Part shown: one piece after another, positions 36,334-40,787 of the stretch | Layout: every line of letters begins with the position of its first letter | Numbering within the stretch: position 1 is the first letter of the stretch | DNA from: a virus | Lineage: Duplodnaviria; Caudoviricetes | Strand: one strand, 5' to 3' | DNA: 40,787 nt | IMG/VR virus record: IMGVR_UViG_3300032225_002143 | Coordinates: 1 to 40,787 of that record | Translations under genes and position numbers: made by a program | Notes under the pieces: generated by a model | Told to the model about the DNA's origin: nothing | Databases searched by the model: none | Seen by the model: the letters and a program-made list of their open reading frames with translations, nothing else

Positions 36334-37355
36334 TGGCTCGTTTAGCAGAAGTAGAATACGAGAAAATATTCTCACCAAGAACAATGACTGCCTTAAAAGG
36401 TAAATCTGGCGAATCATTACGTTCAATGATTGGGAATAAATCATTAATGCAAACATTAATGAAATCTCAAGAAGTATTAAATGATATAATTGATGCTGAA
36501 GAAGGATATCGCGATGAATTAGAAATGGTAGCAGCTCAAATGGTAACAGATGCATATCCAATTATTGACTATGCTAATATTAGAATTGATGCTAAGATAG
36601 TTGGAATGGGTGATATAAATATTCAACCCCCACCACCCCAAGAAGATCCAACATCACCTGATTTTGGTGAAGACGATCCTGAAAAATTACAAGCAAAACG
36701 CCGTATCATTAATGGTATAACACAAGGAGCTTCAATTAGAGGAGCATTTGGTTTTATGCTATTTAAAGAATATTTAGATGATATCAACCCAGCATTAGTA
36801 GAAAAATATAACGAAATCCTTAAAATGGTATTTGGTATATATGATGACGAAAATGCAATTGCAATGATGTTAGCTGCATTAGCTCAAGGTCAGAAAATGG
36901 AAGGTGGTGAAAGTGAAATGGAATTTGATGAAGAAACAGGTCAATTCGTTATTAAAGCTCGTGCTTTATGTTTTCCAATGCTTGTACATGAAATTGTAAA
37001 AGGATTGTATGAGATCGTTGGCACAGAAGGATTTGGTCCTGATAAAGAAAAAAACCAAACTATCGTAGGTGCTGTAGATAAATTATCTAATGAACCAAAC
37101 GATTTACGCTTTGGTAAATTTCTATATGATGCTATCTCTAAAATATACAACGAAAGTGATGTTGAAGATGCTCGTGTCCGCGAATTATTCTTTGCAGCAT
37201 TATATAAATTAGATGATGCAGAATTTTTTCCATTTGTTGAAAATGCTATTAATGATGAATTAACACGTGATCAAAAACAATGGGCAATAGGTGAAATGAG
37301 AGATATTGAGCGTGATTTACGTAAAGATGATACCGGATTAGAAGATTTGGATTAA
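36333..37355 (+). CDS. hypothetical acidic protein
   Basis: 340 aa; KRRIINGITQGA and LVHEIVKGLYE; LAE at residues 4-6. Confidence 0.75.
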   Translation: MARLAEVEYEKIFSPRTMTALKGKSGESLRSMIGNKSLMQTLMKSQEVLNDIIDAEEGYRDELEMVAAQMVTDAYPIIDYANIRIDAKIVGMGDINIQPPPPQEDPTSPDFGEDDPEKLQAKRRIINGITQGASIRGAFGFMLFKEYLDDINPALVEKYNEILKMVFGIYDDENAIAMMLAALAQGQKMEGGESEMEFDEETGQFVIKARALCFPMLVHEIVKGLYEIVGTEGFGPDKEKNQTIVGAVDKLSNEPNDLRFGKFLYDAISKIYNESDVEDARVRELFFAALYKLDDAEFFPFVENAINDELTRDQKQWAIGEMRDIERDLRKDDTGLEDLD

Positions 37356-37377
37356 TAAAATATCTTTCGTACCTTTA
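37346..37377 (+). promoter_or_regulatory. host-type promoter
   Basis: TTTG-N20-TACCTTTA upstream of ORF 37390. Confidence 0.6.
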
Positions 37378-37389
37378 CAATAAAAACGT

Positions 37390-37647
37390 ATGAAAGGATC
37401 TCTTGAAACACAACGTATTAAAACAGTAGATGGTACAATTGCACATTACGTTAATATAAATGGGGTAAAAAAAATGCACAATTGGGATGGAGCTGCATTT
37501 ATTCCACAAGGTAATAAACGTCAAGCAGAATATTATTTATTTGGTATTAAACACACCAAAGATGAATGGTTAGATAAAAAGAAAAATGTAAATGGTATCC
37601 CGTGGTATAAGACAGCCGCTGGAAAAGCAGCAGGAGCTAGAGTATAA
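37390..37647 (+). CDS. small protein with a single MORN-variant-like unit
   Basis: MHNWDGAAFI...AEYYLFG resembles the LHR.DGPA...EYY.NG repeat unit. Confidence 0.6.
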   Translation: MKGSLETQRIKTVDGTIAHYVNINGVKKMHNWDGAAFIPQGNKRQAEYYLFGIKHTKDEWLDKKKNVNGIPWYKTAAGKAAGARV

Positions 37648-37651
37648 AATT

Positions 37652-37681
37652 AGAGGATCGTCAAGATCCTCTTCTTAATTT
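37652..37681 (+). terminator. hairpin, possible terminator
   Basis: AGAGGATC-GTCAA-GATCCTCT followed by TCTTAATTT. Confidence 0.55.
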
Positions 37682-37687
37682 AACGTT

Positions 37688-37903
37688 ATGAAAATAGATA
37701 AGAAGTTTACTCGTGTTTTTGAAGATGATACTTCAATAGAAACATGGATTTATGATCCTACTATAACAACTAGAGGCCCAATTAGTGTTGATATTAAATA
37801 TAAAGCAGGTGCTGAAAAAGCAATTAAACAACGTGCTGAAAATGCTCAACAAGAAAAGAAAACAGCACGTCAAATGAAAAAAATAAACAATAAAAATAAA
37901 TGA
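37688..37903 (+). CDS. hypothetical protein
   Basis: 71 aa; ATGA overlap with the kinase gene. Confidence 0.65.
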   Translation: MKIDKKFTRVFEDDTSIETWIYDPTITTRGPISVDIKYKAGAEKAIKQRAENAQQEKKTARQMKKINNKNK

Positions 37904-38421
37904 GAATAGGATTAACAGGTACAATGTCTGTAGGTAAATCTACACTAGCTAAAGCGCTAGGTGAAATAGATATGTTTAAAGATTATACAATTCAAACTGA
38001 ACGCAGTAAATATCTTCGTGATATGGGTATTGCTTTAAATACTGATTCTACATTAAAAGGTCAATTAGTATTTGCCGCTGAACGCAGTATTGAACTAATG
38101 CAGGAAAATATTATTACTGATAGAACATTATATGATGTTACTGCATTCACATTATCAGCTACATCAATTGAATGGTTTGAAAAACGTCGATTTATGGAAA
38201 TATTGATGTCGCTTCGTAAGGAATATGATGTTATTATTTATGTATCACCTGAGGGTGTTGATATTGAAGATAATGGAGTACGCACAGTTGATGCAAAATA
38301 TCGTGAACAAATTGATTTTGTTATTAAAGAAATGCTAGTTGAATACCCACCTAATAAACTTATTAAAGTATCTGGCTCTACGGAAGAACGCATAAACACC
38401 ATTATTTCTCAATTAAATTAA
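37900..38421 (+). CDS. P-loop nucleoside/nucleotide kinase-like (NadR/Ttd14 AAA_28-type)
   Basis: IGLTGTMSVGKSTLA Walker A; ITDRT.YD; EDNGVR; GSTEER. Confidence 0.8.
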   Translation: MRIGLTGTMSVGKSTLAKALGEIDMFKDYTIQTERSKYLRDMGIALNTDSTLKGQLVFAAERSIELMQENIITDRTLYDVTAFTLSATSIEWFEKRRFMEILMSLRKEYDVIIYVSPEGVDIEDNGVRTVDAKYREQIDFVIKEMLVEYPPNKLIKVSGSTEERINTIISQLN

Positions 38422-38428
38422 TATTTAT
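38421..38428 (+). promoter_or_regulatory. putative late promoter ATATTTAT
   Basis: Directly after the kinase stop; overlaps ATG 38427, which favours a start at 38457. Confidence 0.6.
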
Positions 38429-38456
38429 GGATATCACAAACGAATCGTTAAAATCA

Positions 38457-39461
38457 ATGAAAGCAAAACAATTACGTAGAATTGTACGTGAAGCTATAGA
38501 AGAAGTATTAGCTGAAAATACAGCAATGGTTATTACCAAAACTGGTATGAAAAACATCCCATTTAAAAATCCAAGTGAATTAGATGCTCTTAAAAAAGAC
38601 CCAAATGTATCTTCTATTGAAGATACAGCAGGTAAAAAATTAAAGGAAGGAGATATTGAAGAAATGGCTCGTATTGCTAAAGGATTTAGATTAGCTGATC
38701 CAAATTTTGATGCATCTCAATATGCTAATAAACGCATTAGTGGCGTATCAATGGCAGATATTATCGATTTTTTCCGTGAAAATCCAGGTGCTGAAAAAAC
38801 AGCATTACAATCACAATTTGGATTTGTTCGTCCACAAATAGCAAACGCTGTTGTTAATGGTTTATTAGATGCAGGTGTATTAGTTAAATTAGGTACTGGT
38901 GGTGAAGTTGAAGCCACACCTGAACCAGGTGAAGAACAACCAGAAACAATTGATGGTCCTGAAGCTATGTTTATTGGTGGTGGTAATCCATTAGCTCAAT
39001 ATTTTGATAATGAACCAAATGATGATGGGTCTGAAGATATGAATGATGAAGAAGAACCAACAACAGGTGAAATAGAACCAGCTACTCCATCATCAAGTAG
39101 TATGTCTGATGAAGATTATGATGCTTGGATGAAATGGAGTGATTTAAATGACCGTTTAAGTGCTACTAAATCTAATATATTAAAAGCAAAACGTGGAAAA
39201 AAAGGTGGTGTTGCTGGAGATATTAGTGATACATCAGGTAGTGAAATACCTCGTTTAACTGCTCTTAAACAATCTTTAGAAGATAAAATGAATGCTTTAG
39301 TAGCAGGATCAAAATATCTTCAAAATAAAATTGAAAAAGAAACAGGTAAAGCATACGAACCAATTGAAGTTGAACCTGAAGAGGAAGATACATTAGATGA
39401 AGCGTTTAATAAAGAATACGAACTAAGAAAATTACAATATTATGCCGGGATTAGAAAATAA
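38457..39461 (+). CDS. acidic late protein with winged-HTH-like domain
   Basis: MKAKQLRRIVREAIEEVLAE leader; IIDFFRENPG...LQSQFG..RPQIANAVVNGLLDAGVLVK; C-terminal LRKLQYYAGI. Confidence 0.65.
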   Translation: MKAKQLRRIVREAIEEVLAENTAMVITKTGMKNIPFKNPSELDALKKDPNVSSIEDTAGKKLKEGDIEEMARIAKGFRLADPNFDASQYANKRISGVSMADIIDFFRENPGAEKTALQSQFGFVRPQIANAVVNGLLDAGVLVKLGTGGEVEATPEPGEEQPETIDGPEAMFIGGGNPLAQYFDNEPNDDGSEDMNDEEEPTTGEIEPATPSSSSMSDEDYDAWMKWSDLNDRLSATKSNILKAKRGKKGGVAGDISDTSGSEIPRLTALKQSLEDKMNALVAGSKYLQNKIEKETGKAYEPIEVEPEEEDTLDEAFNKEYELRKLQYYAGIRK

Positions 39462-39798
39462 TTTTACAAAAAAAGCATTATATTTTGCTGGTGGAGTAAT
39501 ATTGGTGTATTTAATGATTTATTTTTTCACACCAAAACCACCAATGCCCATTGATTATAGAGCATCTATTGATTCTCTTATTCAATCAAATAATGCATTA
39601 ACAAAACATCAAGAACAAATTGATAGCATCATTATTATTTATAGTGCTAGAGTAGATTCGGTAGATAATAGAATTGATAGTGTTAAAGAAAAAACTATTA
39701 TCATTAAAAAATATTATCACGAAGTAAGTAGTAAAGTAGATACATTTCAAGTATCACAATTAGATTCATTTTTTAAAGCAAGATATCCACAACCATGA
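39442..39798 (+). CDS. inner-membrane-anchored coiled-coil protein (i-spanin-like)
   Basis: N-terminal TM helix plus coiled coil; coupled to the next gene. Confidence 0.5.
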   Translation: MPGLENNFTKKALYFAGGVILVYLMIYFFTPKPPMPIDYRASIDSLIQSNNALTKHQEQIDSIIIIYSARVDSVDNRIDSVKEKTIIIKKYYHEVSSKVDTFQVSQLDSFFKARYPQP

Positions 39799-40184
39799 AA
39801 TACCTATTAATTTTATTATTTTGTTTTCCATTGATTGTTAAATCACAAGACACTACTGTTAAAATGTCTACATCAACTGCTAGAAGAGTAGCTAAAGATT
39901 TAGTAATATGTGATAGTGTTAAAGCAATGCTTGAATTAACTAAAGAACAACTTTCATTAACTGAACAAAAAGTAGTATTGAAGGATAGTATTATTGATCA
40001 ACACACTCATAAAGGATTGGTATATGAAGAGCGTATCAAAAATGAACAAGATAAGTTCAAAATACAAGGAATGTGGGTTGAAGATTTACGCAAACAAAAT
40101 AAAAAACTTAAAGCTAATTTAACATTTACTAAAATAGTATTATCAGTAGCTTTAGGCGGATTAATAATACTTTCAGCAAAATAA
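39795..40184 (+). CDS. signal-peptide coiled-coil protein with C-terminal TM helix (spanin-like partner)
   Basis: MKYLLILLFCFPLIVKS-QDT signal; coiled coil; IVLSVALGGLIIL tail. Confidence 0.5.
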   Translation: MKYLLILLFCFPLIVKSQDTTVKMSTSTARRVAKDLVICDSVKAMLELTKEQLSLTEQKVVLKDSIIDQHTHKGLVYEERIKNEQDKFKIQGMWVEDLRKQNKKLKANLTFTKIVLSVALGGLIILSAK

Positions 40185-40226
40185 TCGTCCTGCTACCATA
40201 GGACTGCCTATCTAGACCATAGGTGC

Positions 40227-40257
40227 AAGCTTAACCCCGTAAGGTTAGGCTTTTTTT
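40227..40257 (+). terminator. rho-independent terminator
   Basis: AAGCTTAACC-CCGTAA-GGTTAGGCTT followed by a T run. Confidence 0.8.
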
Positions 40258-40259
40258 AT

Positions 40260-40267
40260 ATATTTAT
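40260..40267 (+). promoter_or_regulatory. putative late promoter ATATTTAT
   Basis: Between the terminator and the terminase ATG. Confidence 0.65.
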
Positions 40268-40288
40268 ATACAACTAATAGTATATAAT

Positions 40289-40787
40289 ATGGCTGAACAA
40301 GCTAACATAAAAGATATAATAAAACAGGAATACATAAAGTGTGCAATGGATCCCGTACACTTTTTTCGTAAATATTGCTATATTACTCACCCTGTTAAAG
40401 GTAGAGTATTATTTCATTTATACCCATTCCAGGAAGCAACATTGGGTGCATTTAGACAAAATCGTTTTTCTATTGTAAATAAATCACGCCAGTTAGGTAT
40501 CTCTACTCTAGTAGCAGGATATGCATTATGGACAATGTTATTTAACAAAGACAAAACAGTACTTTGTATAGCAACAAAACAAGAAACCGCTAAAGGTATG
40601 GTTGAGAAGGTACAGTTTATGTATAATAACTTACCAGCTTGGCTTAGGGGTAATGCAAAACCAATATCAGATAATAAATTATCACTCAAACTAGCTAATA
40701 ACTCTCAGATTGTAGCTACATCAGCCGCATCAGATGCAGGTAGATCTTACGCCGTATCTTTATTACTGATAGATGAGGCTGCGTTCA
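40289..40787 (+). CDS. terL: terminase large subunit (T4 gp17-like), 3'-truncated by the window; absent from ORF track
   Basis: Translates MAEQANIKDIIKQEYIKCAMDPVHF...LYPFQE...KSRQLGIST (Walker A)...GRS..VSLLLIDEAAF (Walker B). Confidence 0.95.
   Translation, partial: MAEQANIKDIIKQEYIKCAMDPVHFFRKYCYITHPVKGRVLFHLYPFQEATLGAFRQNRFSIVNKSRQLGISTLVAGYALWTMLFNKDKTVLCIATKQETAKGMVEKVQFMYNNLPAWLRGNAKPISDNKLSLKLANNSQIVATSAASDAGRSYAVSLLLIDEAAF

Noticed and set aside
36960-37020. HEIVK in ORF 36333 as a metallopeptidase site
   Set aside because: The second His of HExxH is missing, so catalytic function cannot be supported.
819-40689. All minus-strand ORFs in the track (e.g. 819-1118, 5141-5428, 19940-20308, 28912-29316, 33376-33780, 40414-40689)
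   Set aside because: They lie opposite well-supported + strand genes and have the biased shadow composition typical of antisense frames; 40414-40689 is antisense to terL.
1-40787. Stop-codon reassignment (code 15 or 4), as seen in some large phages
   Set aside because: Coding density is near complete under code 11, and TAG (625, 2288, 3506) and TGA both end genes cleanly.
1-40787. tRNA/rRNA genes, IS elements, integrase, diversity-generating retroelement
   Set aside because: No cloverleaf, transposase, recombinase, reverse transcriptase or TR/VR repeat pair was seen by eye; intergenic gaps are mostly too short.

Overview
A 40.8-kb, very AT-rich, gene-dense segment of a large T4-superfamily-like (contractile-tail) phage genome. 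All credible genes are on the + strand and use the standard code. The host is probably a Bacteroidetes: several TTTG-N19/20-TAnnTT promoters are present, Shine-Dalgarno sites are absent, and signal peptides end in Gln. Gene order: small early ORFs and a T5orf172-type nuclease; a gp55-like late sigma factor; a baseplate/tail module (gp5-like, gp25-like, gp6-like, a 1471-aa structural protein, tail-collar-like paralogs); GIY-YIG nuclease, primase and PD-(D/E)xK exonuclease; a ~18-kb block of late genes; an FAD oxidoreductase, a P-loop kinase, a spanin-like pair and the 5' part of the terminase large subunit (missing from the ORF track). The late-gene block is the most striking part. Many of its proteins begin with a shared leader (MIKLxxLLxE or similar) and have [LIM]xE motifs at apparent domain junctions. 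This suggests a capsid-targeted, prohead-protease-processed polyprotein cargo system. The predicted cargo includes two tandem Pol-beta nucleotidyltransferases (one fused to HxGH-NTase, ParB-like and zincin domains), a restriction-like nuclease, a PcfJ-like protein, a HiPIP-like peptide and a protein with a hidden signal peptide. Two promoter classes can be read from the DNA (host-type, and ATATTTAT x13), along with candidate structured RNAs. All family assignments come from motif recognition by eye, not from database searches.
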